The notes beneath the pieces were generated by a model. It searched no databases. It was not told the DNA's origin and saw only the letters and a program-made list of their open reading frames with translations. Positions 37,398 to 50,321 of a stretch of DNA of 64,000 nucleotides are shown one piece after another (the first letter of the stretch is position 1; every line of letters begins with the position of its first letter). A program made the translations under genes and the position numbers. The stretch is from Psammoneis japonica (taxonomy: Eukaryota): positions 806,001-870,000 of the forward strand of contig QPGO01000003.1 of NCBI GenBank assembly GCA_008632985.1, written 5' to 3'.

Positions 37398-38475
37398 ATT
37401 TTCAAAGGAGTGGCAAGAAAGTTCAAGCCACCTCTTTTTGTTTTTTCCATCAACAAATGACATGGCACAGAGGATTTTGCTCTGCAGCCAGAGGGAGGCA
37501 AAGGACACCCAGGTGTGGCGGTTCTTTCCACCAACACAAAAAATGGCCGTTTGGCGATTTGCTCTGACCACACACATGCTCTGTGCCAGGTGTGAACATG
37601 CAAAGAAAAGGCATTGATGGCATCATGCCCCATGTGCAGGGTTGGTCCCACAGACACTTCCAAAACAAGGCAGCAGCAGCAGAGTGGGCATTTTGGCCTG
37701 TGGCACAATGGCAGCACTGTCCTCACAACAGAGCAACATGACCAAGACAGCGCAAGTGCAAAATTCCACCCCTTCTGCAGGAAGAGTCACTGCGCGAGCT
37801 TTCCAGACCCTGCACAAGAGTTCTTGAATGAGCCAGTGCAGAGCCCCCTCCTCCCACCACATGAGGAAAACTTTAGAATCACTTGCCCAGCCCTCCCTTT
37901 GAGGTGCCTTGTCAAGAGCTGGCGGGGTGCCATGGGGTGCGCGAGATTGCTTGTGCCACACACATCTTAAATGCACGCCCATCCTAAAGCATGTGATCAT
38001 GTCTTCACATGCCACGCACAACCACATCCCACTGCGACGCCACAAGGGATTGACGCATGGTGCGACCTGCAGATGGACGATGTTACGGAGTCACCGGAAT
38101 GGTCGAGCAGACCTAAATTCAAAAAATGATTGACCTGCCGACCGACCTGCGTGCCTCTGGCCTGCGCCTGCATGCCGCCCCGTTGACCGTTGACCGTTGA
38201 CCGTTGACGCGACCGTTACCATACAGTAGTTGCAAGCACCGCGCCATCGCCAACATTTCTCTTTGCTATTCGCCACTCTAGGCTATCTACCGGTAATTAA
38301 CTTTTGCCATCATCTTCTGACCACAGAGTACAGAGTTTGTTACAGTGCACAGTGCAAAGGACCCTACCAGCGCATTGTTTATTGCTTCTACACTGTGCAT
38401 CATTATTCATATTATTTTTGTGTGTGGGGATGTTCCCTATTTCAGCGTGACTGTCTCTCCCGTCGAGCAGAAAGA

Positions 38476-39389
38476 ATGAAGCTTTCAGTTTCCTCCTGCC
38501 CACCCCTCTGGATTGCTGTGATTTTTGGATTATTGATTGTCAATCCAGTTATTTGCATTGCATTTACTAAACAAAAAAATTCAAATGTGGAGCACAAAAC
38601 ACCAAGCTTTGTTCATCTGCCAGTCTTGTACGGGCATGTCCACATGGCGAAAACGGCAGGCTCAAGCATTGTTGGAAATTTGTCCATGCATTTCGAGCGA
38701 GTTTGCGGCAACAAGGGATATTCATACGACGCGTACCAAACAAACGAGAGAATGCGAGCGAATCAATTGAAAACAAACAGCACAAACCTGCCATACGAAG
38801 CAGACGACATGGTGAACAGGTTTTTGGAGGCCAGCATAACAGAGGAAAGCTTCCTAGTTCCGCAATGAAGGAAATTGGTTTTGAAGACTGCGACTATGTC
38901 AGCATGGAGGGCCGCTGGACAATTTGGCCGGAGTTGTTTGCAGAGTGGCCTTTTCCAGTCGAACTGCATGTAAGCTGTCGAGATCCACTGGACCACTACC
39001 TCTCCTTTTTGAATTTTAAGGGATACGATTTCCAGTGTAATACAAGGGATAAAAATGGGATACTGCGTCAAGTGGCAGAGCATGATCCACAGACATCCAG
39101 GTTCTCCATGAAATTGTTGGAGGTGAAGAATTTCACTGTCAAATGTTTTGACTTCCGGAGCACGTCAAAGTACATGGGGTACATGGGAGCACGACTTCAA
39201 CGCAAACGAATCGAGACGGATTATGTGTTTCGCTCTACCAACAGACCCCGAGACAAGACCAAGGAATGCTTGTGGGACTATCCCGATTTGCAAGACATGA
39301 TTTCCGATTATCTTGCCCAGCGCAATGACTATTACAAATTTTGCAGTCAGTGTCTCGGATCGGAAGACGACTTGTTCTTTGAACGATAG
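38476..39389 (+). CDS. Type II membrane sulfotransferase-like protein, copy 1 (apparent frameshift in the T-run near 38821)
   Basis: N-terminal TM segment, HMAKTAGSS (5'-PSB-like), CRDPLDHYLS (3'-PB-like); paralog at 58490. Confidence 0.6.
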
Positions 39390-39845
39390 ATAGTGCAGAA
39401 CATTGGTTCTTTGCAATGTATTTTATTTCAGCTCGTGGCATTCCTAGCCTACGGTAGCTAGCGGCTCCGCTCAATTAGCCGCGAAACCAAAATTCTGTTC
39501 ATTCACAACACTTCTCTATTAAATCTCAAATCTCCAATCCCATTGAAGAAGTACAGCTCAACCTGTCCAAAGAGCCAGTAGGTCTCTACAGACAAATGTG
39601 ACGTATTCCAGTGTCCCAACTCGGGTGAAAATGGCTTCAATTGCCTTGATATCGAGCTTCAACTTTTGCTTTTCCGGATGCAGCTCCATCAGAATCTGTC
39701 CCACCTAGTCCTCGTGTCCCCTCCTGATTGTTGCAGAAGACTTTTATTGGAAACCAGCCCGAGTCTGGATCTTCGTGGTCACGAAATCCGTAGTGTCCGT
39801 GAAAGCTACCCACTATTTGCGTCTGTTGATACTGAGTTTGAGGTA

Positions 39846-41234
39846 TCATGGTGTGGACAGCAGGGAACAGGTTGAGATTGAAGCATTCATCCAGGGAATC
39901 ATGTGTGGTTCTGGGTGGGCTGGATCACACGCAAGCAGCCCTGTTTCATTGTCGTGCGATTCGTAACGAGTGTCATGACACCAACTCACGCCGCCGCGAC
40001 TGAGGCTTCCAAAATAAGATGCAAGGTTTCTTGCTGCATGGGATCGTCGAGCTACCCAAGTCTTTCTTGGAACATCTTTTGAGAGCAGTCTACGTCGATT
40101 ATGAGCTTCAACAACAATCTCTGGATAGGTTCGTGGTGCCGTACCACTTAGCTGTGATACAAGCATCGACACGGCCTGGTCATCAGGATGTACTGGATGC
40201 GTCAAGACAAACTGTCGCAGTGATGATAAAACAGGATGCCACAGGAAGCAAAAGTAATTAGAATGCAAAAAGGAACCAGACGGCAACACCATTCTGAAGC
40301 CAAATTGTGAAGGCTTCCAGACGATTCGGTAACGAAGCTGATGATCGGGACAAAATGATTCAAACGGTCTTTCGGCGGGCCACAACGTCGGCTCGTTGGT
40401 CTGGATTTGGCCCCCCTCATGCATCGACGACAGTGAAAGCATCCTTCCTCTTGCTCCAATTTGTGCATTGGCGTTTTGTTTCCACAGCTCGAAACCGATA
40501 AGAACTGTGCGGAACTCTTGGAACGGGCCGTCATCGTCAAAGTACAACACGGCCTTGGTTGTCACGTTCATATCAGGACGGTATCGATTCATAAGGTGGT
40601 TGGTCCAACCAATCTCTGCAGCAAAGATGAATCGAAGCGGTATTGATGCTCTTTGACGTAATAGAAGCCTTTTGCCTGCATCTTGTTGCTCTAGCAATGC
40701 CTTGTCGTTGTTCCAGACGAGAACAATTTCCATAACAAACGACGTTGGCCAAGACTTTTGAATTTCGTCGAGATTCTTATCTAATGAGTCCAGTCGTGCC
40801 GGGTCATATCCCATGACGATAATGGTCACTTGTGTTTCATTGCATTCGGTGGCTGGTGGGACCTGGCAGTGCATTTGATGCGCCGAGTCGTTTAGATCGG
40901 AAATGATCCCAAACTCGCGTAGGTCAGGAATGTTACTGATACCTGAAAACGGATCCGTTTCATTCATAATCAGTTCTGTTGTTGTGTTTCTGAATATAGC
41001 ATGGCAGTATTCTTGTGATTGGATTGCTCGGGTCATCAAAAGGTCGAAACCAAATTCGGTACTAACTATTGGGCTGTCGTGAATTTGAACGGCATGGGGT
41101 AGCCGCGTTTGAAGCTGTTTTGACTGATTTAGCGACCTCATTAGCAACAGCATGATAGCAAATGATAACCAAAAGCGCTTCAAGGAAATACCACGACGGC
41201 GATCCTCATTCTTGTTTGCATGGCGGTGGCTCAT
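39846..41234 (-). CDS. GT64 (exostosin C-terminal/EXTL2-like) glycosyltransferase
   Basis: Type II TM, EIVLVWNN, LMNRY, VLYFDDD, GFELWK, MVLPSGSFLH, PDD. Confidence 0.8.
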   Translation of the reverse strand: MSHRHANKNEDRRRGISLKRFWLSFAIMLLLMRSLNQSKQLQTRLPHAVQIHDSPIVSTEFGFDLLMTRAIQSQEYCHAIFRNTTTELIMNETDPFSGISNIPDLREFGIISDLNDSAHQMHCQVPPATECNETQVTIIVMGYDPARLDSLDKNLDEIQKSWPTSFVMEIVLVWNNDKALLEQQDAGKRLLLRQRASIPLRFIFAAEIGWTNHLMNRYRPDMNVTTKAVLYFDDDGPFQEFRTVLIGFELWKQNANAQIGARGRMLSLSSMHEGGQIQTNEPTLWPAERPFESFCPDHQLRYRIVWKPSQFGFRMVLPSGSFLHSNYFCFLWHPVLSSLRQFVLTHPVHPDDQAVSMLVSQLSGTAPRTYPEIVVEAHNRRRLLSKDVPRKTWVARRSHAARNLASYFGSLSRGGVSWCHDTRYESHDNETGLLACDPAHPEPHMIPWMNASISTCSLLSTP

Positions 41235-42019
41235 TGAAACAAGATCGCAGCCAACCACTTTTGATCTGTAAAGAAAACTATCTTGCACAGGATCGAAGCA
41301 TTTACACATTCTCGTCCTTGCGAAAAAAGAACACGAACAGGATTTGCTATGTATGTGAAAAAGTGAGGAGGTGAGAGTTCTTGCGAGCGTTGAGCGTTGG
41401 AGTGGATATTAATTAATAATGAACATACCGTATATGTTCCATACAATGTTAAATATCAACAAACGAATCACTTTCAACTTTTATTTTAAAATTGTTGGAC
41501 ATTTATTTTTAAAATTAAAATCGAAAAAACTACAGGTACTGCATGTATGTGCATACACGATTTCCCACGCAGCGCCGTTGTGCGCGAGTGCCAGAGTGCT
41601 AACCGAAATCCGATCTCTGTGCCGATGATCAAGAATAAACCCTTTCAGTTTTCAGACAAAGGCCAAACCACAGCATGCCGTACATAAAATATGTAGAATT
41701 CTACGTCAACACTTTACCGTGTTGTAAATCAAAATCACGTGGTGAAAGCACGGTGAAAAGTTTGAGGGGTGGAGAACGTCCACATGAGCATGCAAGTGGT
41801 TCAACATTGTGCAACTGTTGCCCAACACATGCAAAGGTTGTGTTAACTTGAAGCTTTTGCCAGCAGAGATGTTGGATCAAAAATTTTGGACAACCCTTGT
41901 TTCGACACAGTGAAGTCGGTGAATCGCTCGCCAACTGGCAGGCAAATCGCCAGCAATTAACTGGAAATGCTTTGTGAGGCTCCAAATGACTGACAAAGTA
42001 GATTCTTTGGCAAAAGATC

Positions 42020-43250
42020 ATTGTGCATTGTCAAGCATGTCTGTTCAATCAGCTTGCACAGTCAAGATGTGCCCCAGCGTCAAACAGGGCAGAGACAACA
42101 GATTGTCTCTTTCCTTTTCGTGCTTTCACTGTGGTTTCCATTTTTGAACATGGTGAAATGCGCACACAATTTTGTGCCAAGCACTGCAGCATGCTGTGGT
42201 TTTGCTGGCTGAAAGAGTTTGTCGAGTGCACACACCGCGTTGCAAAAGAAGGTGCCAAATGGCTGGATTCTGTCATCGTTGCCAATTGTTGGGCCAACGT
42301 TGATTGTTTTGCTTGTTGTGTTGCAATGAGTTGCTGATCTGGCTGAACAGAGCAGTGGCAAGAAGCTTCCTCCATGTTTTCCCGGCCCACCCACTTGGGA
42401 ATCTCCTGGTTGCTGGTGTGCATCTGACCAGCCACAGCTTGGGAGCTGATCCCCACCGGGTGCCTTGCAAGTCACATTGACCACCTTTGCACAAGCAAAA
42501 AGAAACACAGATTGGCACACAAGAGATGGTTGCACGGGCAAGTTGGGAACAGGCTCCCATGCAAAAGTGCAGCAGCCAGTTCCCCAAATCAGTTTTTGAA
42601 ATCACTGCCAGAGCCTCCTGTTGCCAGCTGCTGTTGACTGCTGGAATGTCCACTTTTGCTGCCACAGGATGACTCACTGCACCTCAAGGAAGATCTGTTG
42701 GCATTGGCACCATGAGTGAGGCCACATGCAGCAGAGAATTTCTTCCCCCTTCAGCGATGTTTTGCAAACTCTCAGATTGGAAAGCCGTGGCTGCAGTCCT
42801 GGGACACCTGCTTTTGTGTGGGTTGAGGTTGATGTGGCAAAGAACTTTGGCCTGTTCCAGCCCCAGGTGATGAGAAATCCATCAAACAAGAGGCCAATTT
42901 TCTGTGCAGTTTGGCACATTTGATCTTCAAGTTTGATCGTTTCGAAAATCGAAAGGTGAGTGTGCACAAAAAAACATGAGTTTTGTGTGCACTCACCCTT
43001 CGATGTGGGAAAAACCTGATTTTGAAGGAGTTCAATGCACTGAATGCAAAATTGTGATGGGAGTCAAACCTGTGCACATCACCTGGAGCTGCAACAGGCC
43101 CGCTGGCACAATTGGTTGCAAAGATGTCACCTTCGTTCCTCTGCACAATCTGGCATGATGGCTCAGACAATGTCCAACACAAAGAGAGATGCCCCACAAC
43201 AAAAGACAACAGCAGCTTGATGTCAACAAAACCCCTCCATCATTTTTCAG
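42020..43250 (-). pseudogene. Eroded copy of the 53060-54600 gene-like sequence, with a ~630-bp deletion and a MITE insertion
   Basis: 42230-42423 aligns with 53210-53407; 42425-43230 aligns with 54035-54590. Confidence 0.7.
42849..43100. mobile_element. Eroded MITE with 24-bp TIRs and an internal hairpin
   Basis: ggcctgttccagccccaggtgatg / catcacctggagctgcaacaggcc; empty site in the paralog at about 54445; hairpin 42950-43003. Confidence 0.8.
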
Positions 43251-44149
43251 AATTTGCTCTCTTTTCTCTTTTGCACTGCTGCTCTGTCAACCAAACTCCT
43301 GAACATGTTTTTTGTGTTCAATGGAGGTGAAAATCAAAAATCACATGAGAAAATTGTTTTTTGCACCACATGCATGAATCTCCTGTTCAACTGGTCCATC
43401 TCTTCAATGACTGTGTCCTCCACAAGCTGGCATGTGCTTTTTTGTTGTCTCTTGTTGCTCTGTGTGTGAAGCAGACATTGTTGCCTCGTCTCAGATGATT
43501 GATGGGTCTGTGCGGGAAATGGTGTTTTTAAGGCATGTGCATGAGTCACGTGCAGCGTCACAATGTCGGACAGACAACGGTCATGCAGTTGTTGCGATTT
43601 GCATGACAAACTGCTGTTCAAAACACCGATGATGACAGTGGCACTTTTCGGATGCTCTTTGAGATTAAAACTTGGCAATGGGCGCTGGCACATTGATCAA
43701 CTGTGCTGTTGTGAACACAAGTGTGCAAAGAAAGCACCCGGACAAAGTCTCAATCATTCAACAATGAATGCACAAAATTGACTGGTGCAAAAACAGAGCT
43801 CAGCATTGGTGTGATGTTTTGCTTTCACATGGAGGTTGCTTGTGGGGACTTTCATGACTGAGCACATTCTCAAACATGACCAAATTAAATGTCCACAATG
43901 CTCAAACATTGAAGATGCACATTGCTGTCATTGCAACAATGCACCTCCATCATGTCAAAGATTTTCAGCAATGAGGCATGCAGTGCACTGCGCACTTCTG
44001 GCACAGTGGAAAATCCTGAAAAATCAAATCGTCCTGCCTGCACCCTTTCTTCTGCAATTGCCTCAAGCAAAAAACAAAGAGTCTGTGTGGTTGACCATTT
44101 GCAATGCCAACTGCGCAGCTGCGCACAATTTTTCTGCTTGATGAGCTTG

Positions 44150-44472
44150 TGCATTTTTGACACAACTTTGACACAACTTTTGGCACAAACCAAACTTGTG
44201 CCACATTTCTGAAAATGCACATCCGGGTGTTTTTTGATTTTCACAAGACTTCCAGTGCAAACTCCACACAAAAAAATAAAACCCGATGTGCATCATTTTG
44301 AAAGTTGTGTCACACATTTTGAAAAATGTGTGCACGGGTTCTTTCGTGTGCAGAAGTCTGGTGCATTCCCACACAACGCAAAAGTTGGGATGTTTTCAAT
44401 TGTGCACATCCAGGTCTTTGCACACCTTTTTTGTCTCACAATTTTTTGTGTCAAATGTTGTGTCTAAAAATG
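44150..44472. mobile_element. Possible eroded foldback element or MITE
   Basis: Imperfect inverted repeats catttttgacacaactttgacacaa / ttgtgtcaaatgttgtgtctaaaaatg. Confidence 0.5.
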
Positions 44473-45299
44473 TCTTTTCTTCAAGGTGGTGTTGGCAATG
44501 AATTTGTCTTGTCTGACAGATTTTGTGCTGGCAGGCACAATTCACATCAATTGTTTTGACACACAGACCCAATCACTTGGGATGCAGACACTGGCCTGCT
44601 CATTCATTCCCCCAAACGTCGGTGCAAGAGGGACCAATTTTAGCAATGACTTTGCCCCCATTTAGCCTCTGTCAAAAAGGGTGCCTTTCACAGCTGTGGG
44701 CTGTTCCGCAGGATCAACTGCATCCTGACACTGCTGTTTGACACTGGCACATGTGACCCTGCGTCCACATCTGATGTGTCCCCACTGCTTGAAACTGGGC
44801 ACTGTTGACTTGCATTTGATTTGGATGTGCTTCAGTGCAAAATTGTTCTTCTAAGAAAATCATCCTTGAACAATGACCACATGCTTTGTGTGTGCAAAAT
44901 GGCAAAATCAAATGCAAAATGCAGCCATTTGCAGTCACTTGGGAGGAAATGGTTCAAGAGAGATGATGTTGAAGTGAAAATCAAAATTGACACACATGGC
45001 ACAAGTGCAATGAAAAACAAGCCTTTTGTGGGGGCACTGACCACCATGCTCATGTGGAACAATCAAAATGTTCAGAAACGAGGACAGAAGCAAACAGCGC
45101 TCAATGTCAATGGGAATCACTTAAAAATGTCGAGTTGGTCACAATTGATTTTTTGCATGACGAAAAATGCAAAATCATGTGGAAATGCACACAATGTCAT
45201 GCAAGAAAGTGATTTGAGCCAATGACTTGGGGGAAGTCAATTGAAATTCATCTGATCACAAGAGCATTTTGATTCACATGTGGGAAAGAGCAACACCCT

Positions 45300-46760
45300 T
45301 GATCAGACAACATTCAATTGATTTCCCGAGAAGTTGACATTCAAGCACAGACAGATGGGCAGACTGACAACAGTTGTTTTTGGTGCTCTTCTACACAATT
45401 TCCATGCAATGACTCTGAGAGCCAAGTGATTCCCTGTTGTGAGCCAATGCCAACCCCACTCGGGCAAAAAATGGAACCACTCAGTGGCTTGCAACTTTCA
45501 CAGCGTGAAACTCACCACTGACCAAATGAAACAGTGTCTCCAAGTGAACGACATGTTGACAGAGGCAAAACAGCATCATTCTCAATGCAGCATGTTGTCA
45601 ACCGCCACTTGTGTGTGGAGCACGGATGCCATCAAATCACCGTCATGGTCATTGGTGGTGATTTTCTCACCCCACAGAAACCACCATAGAGCAGCACCAG
45701 AGAAAAATGTTGGACCATTGAATGGTTTGCTGCACAAGTTGAGCACCAAGAGCTCCTTGGAATTGGCAGAAATGTGCGCACAATTTGGGCCAGAGGGTTA
45801 AATGCCAAATCAAACCAGAAAAATGAGGCTCAAGATGGTGGAAGCATGGAGACTTTTGAGAGTGCAGCAAACCACCAAAATGAAGCATGCATGTTGTCAA
45901 ACAGACTTTGCTGCATTTGACCGATGCAATGTCACCACAGATGTCTTGTCATCTTCAACATTTTTGTGCATTGTCTGTCAAGTTGTTTTTGGCATGCCAT
46001 GAACCACTTGATGGTTCGGGGCAACAATTGCTTGCATTTGTGATTTTGTGCAGTGAACCACTGCATGGTTTGTGGCAGGAGTGGGGCCAACATTGCATGG
46101 GCAGCAGACAGCACAAAGTGCACAGCAGAGTCATTGCACAAGGTGCCACCCCCATCACAACTCTTGCAGCACAAGTTGACACCAAAACTGCTGGCATGCA
46201 TTGTGACACATGAACTCTGGTCAAAACCTGGATGGTGCACACAATGAACTCTTGTTGTGACCAATCTTAGCACCATCACACACTTGGACACTCACTCACA
46301 AAAAAGGTTGACATCGCTTGACTGGGATGGTTGGCAATGCTTGTCAACAAAGCCCTGGCCAATGCTTCAGAGTAGAGCCTGTTCCATTTTGTGTTTGCCA
46401 GCCAATCTGTGGTGCATGGAACACTGAAGGCAAGTCCTGGGTCCATTGTGTTCAATCAAATGTGGTCCTTGATTTGCCATTTGTGACTGATCTGCATGTC
46501 CTTCAAGAAAGGAGGCAAAAGTTGTTTGATCAAAAGTTGATTGAGGCCCCAGCAACCAAAAGCAGCAATTTTTGCTCTCCCCTGTGATTGCCAAGTGGGA
46601 GACCAAGTGCTCAAGTTGACATGCAAACCTGAGAAGCTTTGGTCTTGAGCTCAGGGTCCCTTTCCTGTTCAAACCATCCATCACAATAGAACCTTGACTG
46701 TCCAACTCTCCCACATGCTGTTGAAAGAACATCTGCTCAGCCCATGTGTCAAACCATGCA
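45300..46760 (+). mobile_element. Degenerate Ty3/Gypsy pol remnant (integrase C-terminus; weak RNase H-like piece upstream)
   Basis: TLKASPGSIVF..DLPFVTDL..RRQKL, DCQVGDQVLKLTCKPEKL, QGPFPVQTIHHN.TLTVQL. Confidence 0.65.
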
Positions 46761-47999
46761 GAGAAAAAAAAGGTTGCTTCCTGTGATCTGTGTGGATCAT
46801 TTCAATCAAATGAATCAACCTTGGAGGCAGAGTGACATCTTGTGCTGTGGAGCTGTTGGACAGGGAGCAACAGCCATCATGGATGGCATTTTATCAACTT
46901 TGTTCCCTTCATCATCACAAAAGTGCAGCATCCCTCGGGCTTGCTTCAAGCAGCCTACGACGCTGTCCAGGAAATTTGCTGCCACGTTGACAGATGGGAA
47001 CACTGAAGAGAATTTTAGAACATTGTGCCCATCCGCGGTGGGGGAAGCAAACGTTTCAAAAGCTGAATTTCCGGCATCAAGCTCTTCAAGAATGTAGTCC
47101 TTCAGAAGAAGCAAATCAAAAAAGGTTGGCGAGCACCTGCATGATTGACGGGTCAAGAGATGGCCCCTGCAATGCGGCAAAATTGTTGTTGTTGCGGTTG
47201 TTGGAAATTGTTCAGCAATGCAGTCCTCTCCATCAACGATGCACAGTTGAATTCTTCTTCAGATGCCCCCGATTCCATCAAATGGGATCTAAAGTCCTCC
47301 TTGATTTGATTCCAAGGTGCAGACGAAGACATCTTCATTGTTTGCGGCTTCTGTCAGTGTTGCTTGTCATCTGTCATCCATCGACAGCGCGCCGGCATCG
47401 CAGGGCCCCACTCAAGCAGAGCAGAGTTGTCAAGTGACTGTTTCAACAAGTTTTTGAGGACTCCCACTTTGGCCCAACGAGAAGGCCACAATGCAAGCTG
47501 TGGGTTGTTCTTACCATTGTGCAACCCACCTCATTGGTCTCCACCTCGTCCACAGTCCACAAGTCCCAGGGCGTGCACGCACCTGTGGCGCGGCACCCAC
47601 AGAATGGTGTCGCGCGGGTCGCAGAAACGGGGACCGTGCAAAGTGCAGACGGTGTCAAATTTTGGAAACTTGAATCACATGGTTGATGTGACACAGTCCC
47701 GCCTGCTCTTCAATGTTGGTCTGTGGTTTTAAGTCTTTCATGGTGTGGTTCCGGAAGCATGCCTTCACACTTTTGTTTTTGGTTTTGCAGATGGGATGGA
47801 TGAAAGCTGCGGAGGCAGAGCAGAGCAGATTGAAAAGATCAAGGGCACATTGGATTTTTCGTGAACCTCACAATCCATGGTTCACAGATGTGTGCCACAG
47901 TGACCATTTGCATCCAGTTGGGTTTCAATTGTGCAGCAATGCTTTCTTTGAAAAAAGGAGTCGGTCTTGCACACCATTGGTTTGGTTTTCTTGTTGGTG

Positions 48000-49830
48000 T
48001 GTGTGAATTGCGGCACTGGTTTTCCACCGTGGCCACACAAAATCTTGAACAAAAGCAACCATGTGCCGCTCACACTGAGAACACCTTGTGCAGCATGTTT
48101 GGAGACTTCTGGTTGGTTGACATGAGAACAAATGATGGTCTTGGTTTTGGGATCATGGGACAAATGCTTTTCCCTGACAACCCCAACAGGGCTGCTCTTT
48201 GGCTTGCTTGCAAAGAGCCATTTTGGCTGCACTGGCAAGAGCTGAGGTGCCCAGTGATGCACCAGCAGATTTGGTGGTTGGGTCATGTGACAGACCATGG
48301 CTGCAAAGCCATGGCTTTTGCTGAGTTTGCCCTGAACCAGGGAGGGTTCTGCTTTCTTGGCGGCTTCAAATGTGCCCCTGCATGAACTGCTGCATCTGGT
48401 TGGAATGGCAAAGCAATGATGACTGTGCATGGGCAGGAGTGTGTCCATCTGACTCCATCTTTTGATGAATCTAGACATCAAAATTGTTGATGAAGAAGGC
48501 ACAGCAAGGACTCAACTGCCATGATGCATCCAGGCAGTTTGGGAAGGTGTGGAGATTGTGACAATGTGGTGCAATTGTTGCAATGTTCCTGGATGGCAGA
48601 GCTGATGACAGTGCTGTCAGAGAGGTTGGTTTTCAGATGAAGCTGATTCAACATTTTGTGAGGGTTGTCAATGAAGTTTGGAGCAACAACACAAAGTGCA
48701 TTTTGCAAGATGGGCTGCTGGAAGCTGGCTTGGACAATGAGTGAATGAACGTGCGTGCCCCCAAGTTCTGCAGATGGGGTGGCTTTAGCTGGGTTGGTGA
48801 AATCAGGGGCTTGAAGGTCAAATGGCTCTGAAATGGCACTTGCATCATCAGCACAGATGATGGCTCAGTGTCCAGCGGTGGGTGCCAGGTCGCGCAATGC
48901 AGACACAGTCAGCAGAAAAAGTGAAGAGATCCATGGGGTTGCTGGATGCATCAAGAAACTGGGCATTGTCCACAAGCAAGTGGATGAAAAATGCAACCAA
49001 TGGATTGGATGCAGCATTCTCCAAAGAATGAAGATTGATGTCACCTCACAATTTGGCACACATGATGTGATTGGGGTGACAATCAGCAAAATGGTGCCAT
49101 CCTTGAGATGGGCCAAAGAACACCATCACCATGTCAAGGCAATTCAGGACAATGCTGGTGGTTCTGGCGGCATTGTGGCAGGAAATGATGGCAAGACCGA
49201 TGGGATCTTTGAGTGCTTGATGACTTGCACTCTTCCATTCAGCAACCTTGACTTTAATGAGGCTTGTTTGATTCATGAGCAGAGTGCCCATGACAGAGAA
49301 ATGTGGCACTCCCACAGCAACAACAGGACACTGCACTCGTCAGCAGAACTGCTGTGCCAACGTCCGGCTGTTTCTGAACTCATTTGCGCCACACACAAGA
49401 CTGCCTTTTTCTGTTAAAAGAGTGCAAAGCTTGAGCTGTTCTTCTCAGAGTCCCATGCAGAGAGTTGGGTGCAAATGGGAAACTGGATCTTGGTGTTTGA
49501 CACGCGGCAAATGCCAGCATTGACATCTTCAATCTGCAAGCATGGTGTGAGGCAACTGAATTTGCTGGTTCTGGAGTGAAGGAGATCACAAGCAAAAGAA
49601 GGGGGTCCCAGGATTGCTGGTGGATGTTCTCATCTTGTTTGAGTTTCGTTGGCAGGATGTTGTTTGTGCCTTGTGGGTGCTGGCTAACACAAACCGCAGC
49701 AAAGGCAGGCTGCAAACGTTCTCTAGCGAATCCTCATGAAGTGACCAACGCAAGCCCACCTTGTGACACCGGCATGGTGGGGCAGTGGAGAGCCATTGCA
49801 AGCCCGCTCATTCAAGTGCCCGTGAGAAAC
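48000..49830 (-). mobile_element. Possible degenerate pogo/Fot1-type (DDE_1) transposase
   Basis: FLCHGHSAH (compare DGHSAH) and FLP..TTSIV..LDMV..FGP across frameshifts. Confidence 0.4.
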
Positions 49831-50321
49831 AAGCCCTGCATCTCTTACTTCCTTAGGTCCATGCGAGGTTGTTTGGGGAACATTGAGGCAGCTTACCTGT
49901 GGACCTAGAGTCGTAAACCATGAAAAACCAATTGTAGGATATCCAGGCGTGACTCTCGTGTATTTGAATGCAAAGCCTAACTCGTCTAGGTTCTAAAATG
50001 AGGGAGCAAGTCAGCCTTGGTCATTCTACTTTAACGTTGGTTCACCGGACCGCTAGATGTGGCTCAACTTTCTAGGCACGAGGAAGACTAACAACAGGAG
50101 GAAACAATCAGGGGAGCAAATCGGTGTGCATGGACCATGCTCTACTCTCTATAGATATAGCAGTGCACCATGCATAAAGGGTGCATGTTTAACCTTCATA
50201 CGAACCGCCCATGTTTGAACATACAAATCTCAATGCAAACCGCACAAAGCAAAACGCGTTCTGGAAGAAGTTTAATCCTGTCCCGGTAAAAAACCAATGA
50301 TGAGCTGAAACTTTCCAATTC

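Larger units (their letters stand above)
19740..38080. other. TpA-depleted, TG/CA-rich hypermutated block A (LINE, Copia and unidentified repeats)
   Basis: No TA seen from about 19740 to 21143; about 25 TA by eye in 20.0-30.5 kb. Confidence 0.95.
42005..49840. other. TpA-depleted hypermutated block B
   Basis: Near absence of TA and TG/CA excess; graded edge at about 41730-42000. Confidence 0.9.

Noticed and set aside
19740..38080. CpG methylation decay or fungal-type RIP as the sole explanation
   Set aside because: Neither removes TA or turns Tyr codons into Cys/His, and RIP would increase TA.
38181..38208. (GTTGACC)x4 and other short repeats as a CRISPR-like array
   Set aside because: Simple tandem repeats with no spacers, in a eukaryotic context.
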